A program made the position numbers and the translations under genes. A stretch of 60,480 nt of DNA, taken from Clostridia bacterium (GTDB lineage: Bacteria; Bacillota; Clostridia; UMGS1840). Location of the stretch: contig JAZOQZ010000020.1 of the NCBI GenBank assembly GCA_045656345.1, positions 1-60,480 of the forward strand. Direction: 5' to 3'. Shown here piece by piece: positions 26,121-34,432 of the stretch (position 1 is the stretch's first letter; each line of letters starts with the position of its first letter). Below the pieces are notes generated by a model. That model ran no database searches. It was not told the DNA's origin and saw only the letters and a program-made list of their open reading frames with translations.

Positions 26121-27836
26121 ATGCTTCATTTAATCCCCACCCCGAAAACTCTGGTGGAAATTCGCGTTTCTTTAACAAAGAAAGAGCTCTCTTTGTCTTG
26201 TGCATTAACCGATGCAAGACTCCAAAAAGCTATAGAAAAGCTTCCTTTGGCAGAAGGCGGAATTCCGCTGTATATTTCTTATGAAGAAAAAGGAGGCGAG
26301 GGTTACACCCTTACCTTAACCAACGAAAAAGCAGAAATCATCGGCGAAAGTGCACAGGCTGCCTTCTACGGTATTCAGACTTTACGTCAGATTTTTACCC
26401 ATGATAGCATCACCGAATTAACCATTTCCGATGCTCCCGATATGGGATACCGCGGTTTCTATCACGACACCACCCGAGGCAAAGTGCCGAAAGTGGAAAC
26501 CTTAAAGAATCTGATTGACCAGATGGCATACTACAAATTAAATTCCCTGCAGTTTTATGTGGAACATTCCTTTGATTTTAAAGAGTATGCAGGCACCAAA
26601 GAGAAAACAGGTTACTTCACCGCAGAAGAAATCAAAGAACTTGACGACTACTGCTACGAAAACTTTATTGAGTTTATCCCCTCTTTATCCTGCTTCGGTC
26701 ACTTATACGAACTCTTAGAACAGCCCCAGTATCAGCATTTAAGAGAATTAGACACTTTCGAACAGGAATATATGACCTGGTGGGAAAGAATGGCACATCA
26801 CACCATCGACCCCACAAATCCCGAAAGCTTTGAAGTGATTAAAAGCTTAATCGACCAGTATATGCCCTTATTCCGCAGCAACAAATTCAACATCTGTTGC
26901 GACGAAACCTTCGATTTGCAGATTGGCCGTCACTGGAATGGCAATGCGGGAAATCTTTACATTGAGTTTGTAAAGAAACTGGTAAATTACCTGCAGTCCA
27001 AAGGCAAAACCGTTATGATGTGGGCAGATATTTTACTGCATCACCCCGAGGTGATTTCCGAATTACCTGCCGACGGTATCGAATACTTAAACTGGTGGTA
27101 TGAACCCGAAATCCACGAAAACGATATTGAGCTCTTTGAAAAAATGAAGAAACCTCAGATTGTATGTCCCGCTACCTGGAGCTGGGAAGGCGTTGTGGAA
27201 TGGGTGGAAAAAGAAGAAGGCAACATCTGCAATATGATTAACGCAGGTTACCGTCACGGTGCCAAAGGTGTGTTAAACACCAACTGGGGTGACTTCGGTA
27301 ATCCCTGTACCATCGAGCTGGCTCTCTACGGTATGGTATTGGGCGGTGCAAAAGGCTGGACTGTTGCTACCGAACCCACCGACAGCTTTAAGGCAGACGT
27401 AAATCATCTGCTGTATGAAAATGAAAAAGGCTACCACTATTTAAGAACCTTAAGTGACTGTCAGAAAGATTTACGTTTCACCTTTGTGGCAAACGCTTAT
27501 TCCAACATTTTATACACCAAAAAACGTCTGTTTGACGCTCCCTCTCCTAAAAGAGTGGAAGAAATCAGAACCATCTGTAAAAATGTGATGGACGAATTAT
27601 CCAATCAAACCTGGAAGCAGGATGAATTCCGCAAACAAATGATGATCTCCGCAGAAGGTATCATCGTGATGGACGAACTTCTTGCCAAAGTGGCAGGCTA
27701 TTCTATCGAAAGAAAATCCGACACCAAAGCATGGCTTGAAAAATTCTCGGAAGACTGGCTTAAAAAGAACAAAAAGAGCGAGTTAGACGCGGTAATGGAT
27801 ATTTTCTTAACCTTAGACAAACACTACGGCAACTAA
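26121..27836 (+). CDS. GH20-like glycoside hydrolase (beta-N-acetylhexosaminidase family-like)
   Basis: 571 aa. DAPDMGYRGFYHDTTRG...LIDQMAYYKLNSLQ resembles the start of the GH20 catalytic domain. ICCDETF lies where GH20 has GGDE. No signal peptide. Confidence 0.6.
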   Translation: MLHLIPTPKTLVEIRVSLTKKELSLSCALTDARLQKAIEKLPLAEGGIPLYISYEEKGGEGYTLTLTNEKAEIIGESAQAAFYGIQTLRQIFTHDSITELTISDAPDMGYRGFYHDTTRGKVPKVETLKNLIDQMAYYKLNSLQFYVEHSFDFKEYAGTKEKTGYFTAEEIKELDDYCYENFIEFIPSLSCFGHLYELLEQPQYQHLRELDTFEQEYMTWWERMAHHTIDPTNPESFEVIKSLIDQYMPLFRSNKFNICCDETFDLQIGRHWNGNAGNLYIEFVKKLVNYLQSKGKTVMMWADILLHHPEVISELPADGIEYLNWWYEPEIHENDIELFEKMKKPQIVCPATWSWEGVVEWVEKEEGNICNMINAGYRHGAKGVLNTNWGDFGNPCTIELALYGMVLGGAKGWTVATEPTDSFKADVNHLLYENEKGYHYLRTLSDCQKDLRFTFVANAYSNILYTKKRLFDAPSPKRVEEIRTICKNVMDELSNQTWKQDEFRKQMMISAEGIIVMDELLAKVAGYSIERKSDTKAWLEKFSEDWLKKNKKSELDAVMDIFLTLDKHYGN

Positions 27837-27851
27837 GAAACCAAATACAAG

Positions 27852-27889
27852 AAAAAAGCACTTGCATTTTGATATGCAAGTGCTTTTTT
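27852..27889. terminator. Bidirectional rho-independent terminator
   Basis: aaaaaagcacttgcat-tttgat-atgcaagtgctttttt, between the convergent GH20-like and HAD genes. Confidence 0.8.
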
Positions 27890-27918
27890 CTTTGGTGGAA
27901 ATATTTCAGTCTGTTTAT

Positions 27919-28626
27919 TTATAATGATTTCAAATAAGTAAGAAGTTCATCCCAGCTTCCGTTCGGATAGCGGGAAATATCACGGTTTTCGTGATTGATC
28001 AGGCAATCGGTATGTAAGAACACTTTCATTCCCAACTCCTCTGCCACCATATCGTCTGCCACATCGTTGCCCACCATTACGCATTCTTCGGGCAACAAGT
28101 TGCATTTTGCCAAAATATCCTTGTAATAATTAAGATTGGGCTTGGAATGAAAACTGTTTTCATAGGTGGTGTAATGACAAAAATCATCTATCAAAAGTCC
28201 TGCCCAACCAAGACGCTTCTTCGTGGCAATGGCAGGAAAAATAGGGTTGGTGGCAAGGATTCTTAAGATGCCCTGCTCTTTTAAATATGCCACGGTTTCT
28301 TTTGCCTTAGGGTGACTGCCGCAAACTTCCTGAACCTTATCAAACTCGGTCTGATAAAAACGGTCAAAATGGGGAATATCTTTTTTGGCATTCTCTCCGT
28401 AATGGTTACAGAAGGAATTCCAGAATACGGTTTCATTGACCTGTTCCCCGTTGTTACGAATCATTTCTTCGGTGCCCTGCCAGATTGCATCCACCAGCTC
28501 CTTAGGGTCGTATCCGTGAGGTGCCAGGGCTTTTGCCAGTCCTTTAAAATAGGTTTTCACAAACACATCCTGATCCATAGGGAGCAGGGTGCCGTCCAAA
28601 TCAAATAATACTGCTTTTAAGGCCAT
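27919..28626 (-). CDS. HAD-superfamily hydrolase
   Basis: 235 aa. Motif I is FDLDGTLL; GNDVADD corresponds to motif IV. Confidence 0.85.
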   Translation of the reverse strand: MALKAVLFDLDGTLLPMDQDVFVKTYFKGLAKALAPHGYDPKELVDAIWQGTEEMIRNNGEQVNETVFWNSFCNHYGENAKKDIPHFDRFYQTEFDKVQEVCGSHPKAKETVAYLKEQGILRILATNPIFPAIATKKRLGWAGLLIDDFCHYTTYENSFHSKPNLNYYKDILAKCNLLPEECVMVGNDVADDMVAEELGMKVFLHTDCLINHENRDISRYPNGSWDELLTYLKSL

Positions 28627-28635
28627 ATCTTCCCT

Positions 28636-29475
28636 CTATTTTGCAAAGAATGCAATAGCAACGATACCGGGCCCTGCGTGAGTACCGATGGTGCTTCCCA
28701 TCAGAATGGATTCTTTGGGTGCATTGCCATCTTTCCAGAAATCTTTGGTTTGTTCTAAGAATAATTTTACCCCTTCGTCACTCTGACCGCTATGTCCGAA
28801 TAACACAGGTTTGGTATAATCGATTTCGCCCACTTTTTTGATTTCTTCAATCAGTGCCTGATTTCCCAGCTTCGCACCTCTTGCTTTGCCAATCTGATGA
28901 ATGGCACCGTCATACACTTTTACGATGGGTTTAATGTTTAATAAACCGCCCACCAAGGATACCACGCCGGAAATTCTGCCACCCATTTTTAAGTATTTTA
29001 AGGTGTCTACCATAGCAATGATATATAATTTATCTTTGATGGAATCTAAAATGTCTTTGATTTCTTTGGCGGATTTTCCTTCCTCACACAAACGAAGAGC
29101 ATATTCAATCATAACACCGGATCCAACTGCAACGTTACCGGAATCCACTAAGTAAATATTGTCGAATTCTTTGGATGCAATATGAGCACTCTGGCAGGTG
29201 CCGGATAAACCGGATGCCACCGTAATTACCACAGCTTCGTCTCCTGCATCAGCCACTTTCTGAAACTCATCCCGAAACGCTTCAGGAGTTACCTGAGAGG
29301 TGGTGGGAAGAGTCTCCACAGTTTCTAATCTTTTGTAAAATTCTTCGTTGGTGATGGTGATGCCGTCGATAAATTCTTCTTCACCAAAACGAACGGTCAG
29401 CGGAATGACGGTGGTCAGCGCTCTGCGGTCTGCCATTAAATTTGCAGTGGAATCAATAATAATTCTTGTTTTCAT
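28636..29475 (-). CDS. DegV-family fatty-acid-binding protein
   Basis: Trimmed to MKTRIIIDSTANL behind GGGAGAA. DegV-type layout with ...TSQ...P... and GTHAGPG. Confidence 0.88.
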   Translation of the reverse strand: MKTRIIIDSTANLMADRRALTTVIPLTVRFGEEEFIDGITITNEEFYKRLETVETLPTTSQVTPEAFRDEFQKVADAGDEAVVITVASGLSGTCQSAHIASKEFDNIYLVDSGNVAVGSGVMIEYALRLCEEGKSAKEIKDILDSIKDKLYIIAMVDTLKYLKMGGRISGVVSLVGGLLNIKPIVKVYDGAIHQIGKARGAKLGNQALIEEIKKVGEIDYTKPVLFGHSGQSDEGVKLFLEQTKDFWKDGNAPKESILMGSTIGTHAGPGIVAIAFFAK

Positions 29476-29491
29476 AATTGTTCTCCCTGTA

Positions 29492-29938
29492 TTATAAGCC
29501 TTTTCTGGTAATTTCCTGCAGATTTTTTGCAATCACCTGCAGGGCATAATAAAAATGTTCTCGTTCTTCATCGCTCAGACCGTTGCCACCTTTTTCCACC
29601 GCCATTTTTATGCGTTCGCGGAGTTCATAAGTGGCTTTTTTTCCTTCTTCGGTCAAACGGATTTTGGCACGGTAACCGTTGGCACCTCCCTGCTCTCGTG
29701 TTACCAGACCTTTTTTCTCCATCTCGGAAATAATGCGGGAAGCTTCCGCTTTATCTCTGTGACAAATCTCACACAGATTGGTGCAGGTTAACCCTTCTTC
29801 GCTTTTATAAAGAGCAATCATATACACAGAAGCTCTCCCCTTTAATCCAAAGGGTTTTAATTCTTCATTCGCAATTTTATTCCAAGCTGCAGTGAGTTGC
29901 GTTAAACCCAATGAAAAAATTTCAAAACGTCCGATCAT
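29492..29938 (-). CDS. MarR-family transcriptional regulator
   Basis: 148 aa with a winged-helix segment (LCEICHRDKAEASRIISEMEKKGLVTRE). Confidence 0.85.
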   Translation of the reverse strand: MIGRFEIFSLGLTQLTAAWNKIANEELKPFGLKGRASVYMIALYKSEEGLTCTNLCEICHRDKAEASRIISEMEKKGLVTREQGGANGYRAKIRLTEEGKKATYELRERIKMAVEKGGNGLSDEEREHFYYALQVIAKNLQEITRKGL

Positions 29939-30066
29939 AACATGATCACCTCACAAAACATACCTACTGATTATATAACATATTGTATCACAAAGATGTT
30001 GAAATGTCAACGAGTTTTTTGAAGAATTTTAACCTTGCTTCAAACATACATTGCATTTTACCATAC

Positions 30067-30095
30067 CTTGACAAAAAAATGCATTGATGTTATAC
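30067..30095 (+). promoter_or_regulatory. Candidate sigma-A promoter for the secreted cyclophilin gene
   Basis: TTGACA, 17-nt spacer, TATACT. Lies 24 nt upstream of the GAAAGGAG RBS region. Confidence 0.45.
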
Positions 30096-30118
30096 TGATT
30101 GTGAAAGGAGTTAGTGGT

Positions 30119-31669
30119 ATGAAATATAAATTAAGAGGACTTTTTATCGGAATTATTTTAGGAGCAATCGTTTCTTCTATAACTGCATTTGCAACGACCT
30201 CCACACTGACAAAAAATGTAACCTACCGTAATATTAAAATTGTGGTGGACAAAAACCAAATCACCCCCACCGATGCCAACGGAAACTACGTGGAACCCTT
30301 TATCATGGACGGCACCACCTATCTGCCCGTAAGAGCAGTTGCAAACGCTTTTGGCAAAGATGTGACCTGGGATGATGCCACCAACACCGTTTCTCTTGAG
30401 GAGCAATCTGTTGAAACAGAACATCTTGTGGGTACTTATACCATAGAAAACTACAAAGTTCTTGGCGTACAAAAGCTCACTCTCATCATCAACAAAGACA
30501 ATACCGGTTCTATGACAGACGAAAGTCAAACAACAGATTTTACTTGGGTACAAAATGAAAACCAACTCACATTAACTCCCGTCGACACACAATTGGAATC
30601 CGCAATCCTGACCATAGATGGCAACCATCTGATTTCAGAAGAAGATGCCTTATACTTTACCAAAATCAAAGAGAATGTGAGTCCCAAAGAAAATGGCACT
30701 TCTGCCACTCTGCAAAAAGATGTGACCTACCGTGATATTAAAATCGTAATAGACGGCAATGCAATCACTCCCACCGATGCCAACGGAAATCCCGTGGAAC
30801 CCTTCATTATGGATGGCACCACCTATCTTCCTGTAAGAGCAGTTGCCAATGCTTTTGGAAAAGAAGTTGGCTGGGATGATGCCACCAACACTGTTTCTCT
30901 GGGTGTGCAACCCACAAATGTTACCAGCATTGTGGGTACCTATGTTTTGGAAAGTTCCGATCCCACCACCACTGAAAACTACATTCTCATCTTAAAAGAA
31001 AACAATAAAGGGTCTCTGTCAAACGGATATGATACTGTACAGTTAACCTGGTCCCAAAGCGGGAACACTCTTACGCTGATTCCCCCAAATGATAATGAAA
31101 ACTATTTCACCCTGATTATAGATGGTGACCGTTTGATTTCAGGTGATGAAGGAGACACCGAAGCTTTTATCAAAACAGATTCCGTTCCGAATCCGAGAGC
31201 AGCTGTTACCATGAAAACCGTTACCGTGGATAAAAGCGATGCCGATAAACCCATCGTAACCATCGAAATGGAAAACGGCGGCATCATCAAAATGGAGCTG
31301 TATCCCGATGTGGCTCCCATCAGTGTGGAAAACTTTATTTCCTTAATTGAAAAAGACTTCTATGATGGGTTAACCTTCCACAGAAACATTCCAGACTTTG
31401 TGATTCAGGGCGGTTGTCCTGTGGGGAACGGTACAGGGGGACCCGGCTACACCATCAAAGGTGAATTTTCCTCCAACGGCGTGGAAAACAACTTAAAACA
31501 TACCCGTGGCGTTCTTTCCATGGCAAGAGCTCAGAATCCTGACTCTGCAGGAAGTCAGTTCTTTATTATGCACGCAGACGCTCCCCATTTAGACGGCGAA
31601 TATGCCGCATTCGGAAAAGTTATCGAAGGGATGGACGTGGTGGATGCCATCGCCACCTCCGGTATGTAA
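30119..31669 (+). CDS. Secreted or anchored protein: two copper-amine-oxidase-N-like 'stalk' domains plus a C-terminal cyclophilin-type peptidyl-prolyl isomerase
   Basis: Trimmed to [25 protein letters not shown] (signal/anchor). Repeated [17 protein letters not shown] modules at 30203-30397 and 30707-30901. Cyclophilin motifs [18 protein letters not shown] and SQFFI. Confidence 0.85.
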   Translation: MKYKLRGLFIGIILGAIVSSITAFATTSTLTKNVTYRNIKIVVDKNQITPTDANGNYVEPFIMDGTTYLPVRAVANAFGKDVTWDDATNTVSLEEQSVETEHLVGTYTIENYKVLGVQKLTLIINKDNTGSMTDESQTTDFTWVQNENQLTLTPVDTQLESAILTIDGNHLISEEDALYFTKIKENVSPKENGTSATLQKDVTYRDIKIVIDGNAITPTDANGNPVEPFIMDGTTYLPVRAVANAFGKEVGWDDATNTVSLGVQPTNVTSIVGTYVLESSDPTTTENYILILKENNKGSLSNGYDTVQLTWSQSGNTLTLIPPNDNENYFTLIIDGDRLISGDEGDTEAFIKTDSVPNPRAAVTMKTVTVDKSDADKPIVTIEMENGGIIKMELYPDVAPISVENFISLIEKDFYDGLTFHRNIPDFVIQGGCPVGNGTGGPGYTIKGEFSSNGVENNLKHTRGVLSMARAQNPDSAGSQFFIMHADAPHLDGEYAAFGKVIEGMDVVDAIATSGM

Positions 31670-31682
31670 CAAAGTAATACAC

Positions 31683-31714
31683 AAAAAAAAGCATCCGTTT
31701 TGGATGCTTTTTTT
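31683..31714. terminator. Bidirectional rho-independent terminator
   Basis: aaaaaaaagcatcc-gttt-tggatgcttttttt. Confidence 0.75.
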
Positions 31715-31738
31715 GTAGAAATTCATCGTAAAATGAGA

Positions 31739-31869
31739 GAGCCACGCTCGTCTGTCTCATAACCCTTTTGTTTTAATAAGTTTTGTTTCTTATAAAAGAA
31801 AAAGGCATCTCATTTGAGATGCCTTATGGTTGCAGGAGGCGTGTTACGAACCACCGACCTTCGGGTTAT
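31739..31869. repeat. Direct repeat copy 1 (131 bp): tRNA-like fragment, terminator hairpin and degenerate tRNA-fMet 3' half
   Basis: Near-identical to 31996-32125 (offset 257 bp). The differences cluster in the T-loop region. Confidence 0.85.
31827..31869 (-). pseudogene. Degenerate 3' half of tRNA-fMet (anticodon-loop 3' side to CCA), no 5' half
   Basis: Minus strand reads ataacccgaaggtcggtggttcgtaacacgcctcctgcaacca. The intact gene reads ataacccgaaggtcggtggttcaaatccgcctcccgcaacca. The T-arm pairing is disrupted and no acceptor partner is present. Confidence 0.7.
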
Positions 31870-31995
31870 CACTTCGTGCCGGTTTGCGGTGCCCAAAACT
31901 GCCAACGCTTCGCTGCTCGCTCACCGCAGTTTTGACCGCTGCACCAATGGTCACTCTCTCGGACCGCATCGCGGCGTTCGTGACCATTGCCCAAC

Positions 31996-32160
<165 letters not shown>

Positions 32161-32186
32161 TTATAAACGCTTGAGTAAGAAAAACA

Positions 32187-32275
32187 TGGTGCCGGAAACC
32201 GGAATCGAACCGGTACGGGAGTCACCTCCCACAGGATTTTAAGTCCTGGGCGTCTGCCAGTTCCGCCACTCCGGC
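32187..32275 (-). tRNA. tRNA-Leu (anticodon UAA), class II with long variable arm
   Basis: 89 nt: GCCGGAG acceptor, anticodon loop CTTAAAA, variable arm TGGGAGGTGACTCCCGT, T-arm CCGGTTCGATTCCGG, ACCA end. Confidence 0.92.
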
Positions 32276-32302
32276 GCATCTCTCTTACTCAAGCGCTAAA
32301 CT

Positions 32303-32331
32303 ATAATACCATACTAAAAGCGATTTGTCAA
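32303..32331 (-). promoter_or_regulatory. Candidate sigma-A promoter for the tRNA-Leu/tRNA-fMet operon
   Basis: Minus strand TTGACA, 17-nt spacer, TATTAT. Lies about 25 nt upstream of tRNA-Leu. Confidence 0.55.
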
Positions 32332-32474
32332 GAGATTTCCAAAAAAAATTTTCTAAAAATTGTAAAACACCTTTTTTTCGCTGTTTTCTTAAGATATTTT
32401 ATGCAAAAACATGTACCGTTAGAACTGACTGCGACACAAAAAGAACAATTCTTTTTATGTCGCAGTGTTTTTTT

Positions 32475-32648
32475 CTAGAGGCTGGTGAAATTATCCACAA
32501 TCTGCCCTGCCGCCTTCAACATTCTGGCAGCTTTTTTCTTTAAGTGAGCGTTTTCTTTTTCGCTTCGCAGGGGATCAAAAATCATTCCTGCCACAGCGCC
32601 CACCACCATCCCTGCAAGGATGCCTTTCACATAAATGTTGCGTTGCAT
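32475..32648 (-). CDS. Small (57 aa) Gly-rich membrane-helix protein, hypothetical
   Basis: Hand-translated as MQRNIYVKGILAGMVVGAVAGMIFDPLRSEKENAHLKKKAARMLKAAGQIVDNFTSL. Strong RBS TAGGAGG 4 nt upstream. Below the ORF-track length cut-off. Hairpin terminator downstream at about 32420-32470. Confidence 0.5.
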   Translation of the reverse strand: MQRNIYVKGILAGMVVGAVAGMIFDPLRSEKENAHLKKKAARMLKAAGQIVDNFTSL

Positions 32649-32740
32649 ACTAGCCTCCTAAAATCTATAGAAATCAAAGCTTTGTGTATTCTATAGTATC
32701 ACCCGTCCGACAGTTTATTATACAACTTTTTCTTACCATT

Positions 32741-33439
32741 TTATTGCATTGTTTTCTCTATTTCCCGTTTTAATTTGGCAATAATTTTTTTCTCTAAACG
32801 AGAAATATACGACTGGGAAATTCCCATCATATCTGCCACTTCCTTCTGTGTTTTTTCCTCCTGAGCAAAGATGCCAAACCGAAGGGAAATAATCAGTTGT
32901 TCCCGTTTAGATAATTTGGAAATCGCGGCAATCAATCCTTCTTTTTCCAACTTTTTTTCAATTGCCTTATGAATGGTGTCTGCTTCGGTGCCTAAAATAT
33001 CCGACAGCAACAGTTCATTTCCGTCACCATCCATCGACAGCGGTTCATCCAACGACACATCGCTACGCTGGTTGGAAATTTTGCGAAGATGCATTAAAAT
33101 TTCATTTTCAATACAGCGAGAAGCATAAGTTGCCAGTTTAATGGATTTTTCCTGATTAAACGAATTCACCGCTTTAATCAGTCCGATGGTACCGATAGAG
33201 GTTAAATCCTCCAAAGAGACTCCCGTGTTTTCAAATTTTTTGGCAATATAGACCACCAGCCGAAGGTTATGTTCAATTAAAGTCTGTTTGGCTTGTTCGT
33301 CACCCAGATTCGCAATCAACGCCTCTTCGTGCTCCGGATCCAACGGCGGCGGAAGCACATCAGAGCTTCCCACATAATGGCACTCCCTGAAAAACAGTCC
33401 GGCAAGCAGTTTCCGAATCCACAAACATAGTTTTTTCAT
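32741..33439 (-). CDS. sigE: Sporulation sigma factor pro-sigma-E
   Basis: 232 aa with a pro-sequence followed by [33 protein letters not shown] and [20 protein letters not shown] present. Directly downstream of spoIIGA. Confidence 0.9.
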   Translation of the reverse strand: MKKLCLWIRKLLAGLFFRECHYVGSSDVLPPPLDPEHEEALIANLGDEQAKQTLIEHNLRLVVYIAKKFENTGVSLEDLTSIGTIGLIKAVNSFNQEKSIKLATYASRCIENEILMHLRKISNQRSDVSLDEPLSMDGDGNELLLSDILGTEADTIHKAIEKKLEKEGLIAAISKLSKREQLIISLRFGIFAQEEKTQKEVADMMGISQSYISRLEKKIIAKLKREIEKTMQ

Positions 33440-33454
33440 AGTATTCCCCTTTCG

Positions 33455-34243
33455 CTACTGCATAAACACTGCAGGGTTACAAATGGCATCATAACCCTCA
33501 TGCGTGAAAAAATCCGACCACGCTACCACCGCTTTTACCGGCTTTTCATCACAGGTAATCAAATCCGGCTTAAACGCATATAAAATACCGTTATTTTGTG
33601 TTATCGTGCGGCAAGGAATCACCCGTAAATTCCGCACATGCTCCGGAGTGTTTACATCAAACAACGGTTTTAGCATCTCAGAATTCACCACGATCACACC
33701 GGTTTGCTCCAAAGGGTCACGCAAACGGTTACCTGTGTCTAAAAAAGTTTCCAGACAAATTTTTTTGTCGCCGTAAAACAGGCAGACTGTCCGTTTCTGC
33801 TCCGTTGCTTTCTGACGGATAGTCGCCAGATAAAACCGACCGCAAATTATCAATAAAAACGAGCCTACTGCAACCGAAATCAAAGTGACCTGATTGGGAT
33901 TTTCAGAAAAAAAGGATGCAGAAAACCGTATTCCGCCTGCCAGCGTGAAGCTAAGCAGATAATATAACAGCAATGCTCTTACAAATTCTGAAATTTTATG
34001 TATCTGAAAGGTGACAAAAATCATAAAGGATAAAACCAGAAACCGAAACATAATATGCTCCAAAAAATGGTAGGAACTAAGAAACAGCAAACAAAGATAG
34101 AAGCTTCCCACCAAACTTCCCACAACTGCTCTGCCAAACTGAAACTTTCCGCCCTGGGCATAAGATGTGAGAAACAATAACAAAAGATTCATCACAAAAT
34201 TATAAAGAAATAAAATATCAAAATAAATGGTAGTCTGCGTCAT
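33455..34243 (-). CDS. spoIIGA: Sigma-E processing aspartic peptidase SpoIIGA
   Basis: 262 aa with an N-terminal polytopic membrane domain and an FLDTGNRLRDPL active-site-like motif. Upstream of sigE. Confidence 0.85.
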   Translation of the reverse strand: MTQTTIYFDILFLYNFVMNLLLLFLTSYAQGGKFQFGRAVVGSLVGSFYLCLLFLSSYHFLEHIMFRFLVLSFMIFVTFQIHKISEFVRALLLYYLLSFTLAGGIRFSASFFSENPNQVTLISVAVGSFLLIICGRFYLATIRQKATEQKRTVCLFYGDKKICLETFLDTGNRLRDPLEQTGVIVVNSEMLKPLFDVNTPEHVRNLRVIPCRTITQNNGILYAFKPDLITCDEKPVKAVVAWSDFFTHEGYDAICNPAVFMQ

Positions 34244-34280
34244 ACAGAATTTCCTTTCTCTTCGGATTTCGGCCAGACTC

Positions 34281-34324
34281 AGTATAGCATACCGAATCCG
34301 AAAAATTTAGTCTATTCTGTCGGC
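34281..34324 (-). promoter_or_regulatory. Candidate spoIIG-type promoter with an unusually long spacer and an adjacent Spo0A-box-like sequence
   Basis: Minus strand TAGACT, 22-nt spacer, TATACT (34309-34314 and 34281-34286). TGTCGGC at 34318-34324 on the plus strand matches the 0A box TGTCGAA at 5 of 7 positions. Confidence 0.3.
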
Positions 34325-34432
34325 ACCCTCCCTTTTTTCATTGACAAAATCCCAAGATTTTTACGGTTTGTTATTGTATTTATCAAAATACTGTGTTATA
34401 CTGATGATAATAAGAAGAAGGAGGGTTGGCTT

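Noticed and set aside
32491-32499. Perfect DnaA box TTATCCACA
   Set aside because: It is a single occurrence inside the small ORF. There is no cluster of boxes or AT-rich unwinding element nearby, so it is not an origin.
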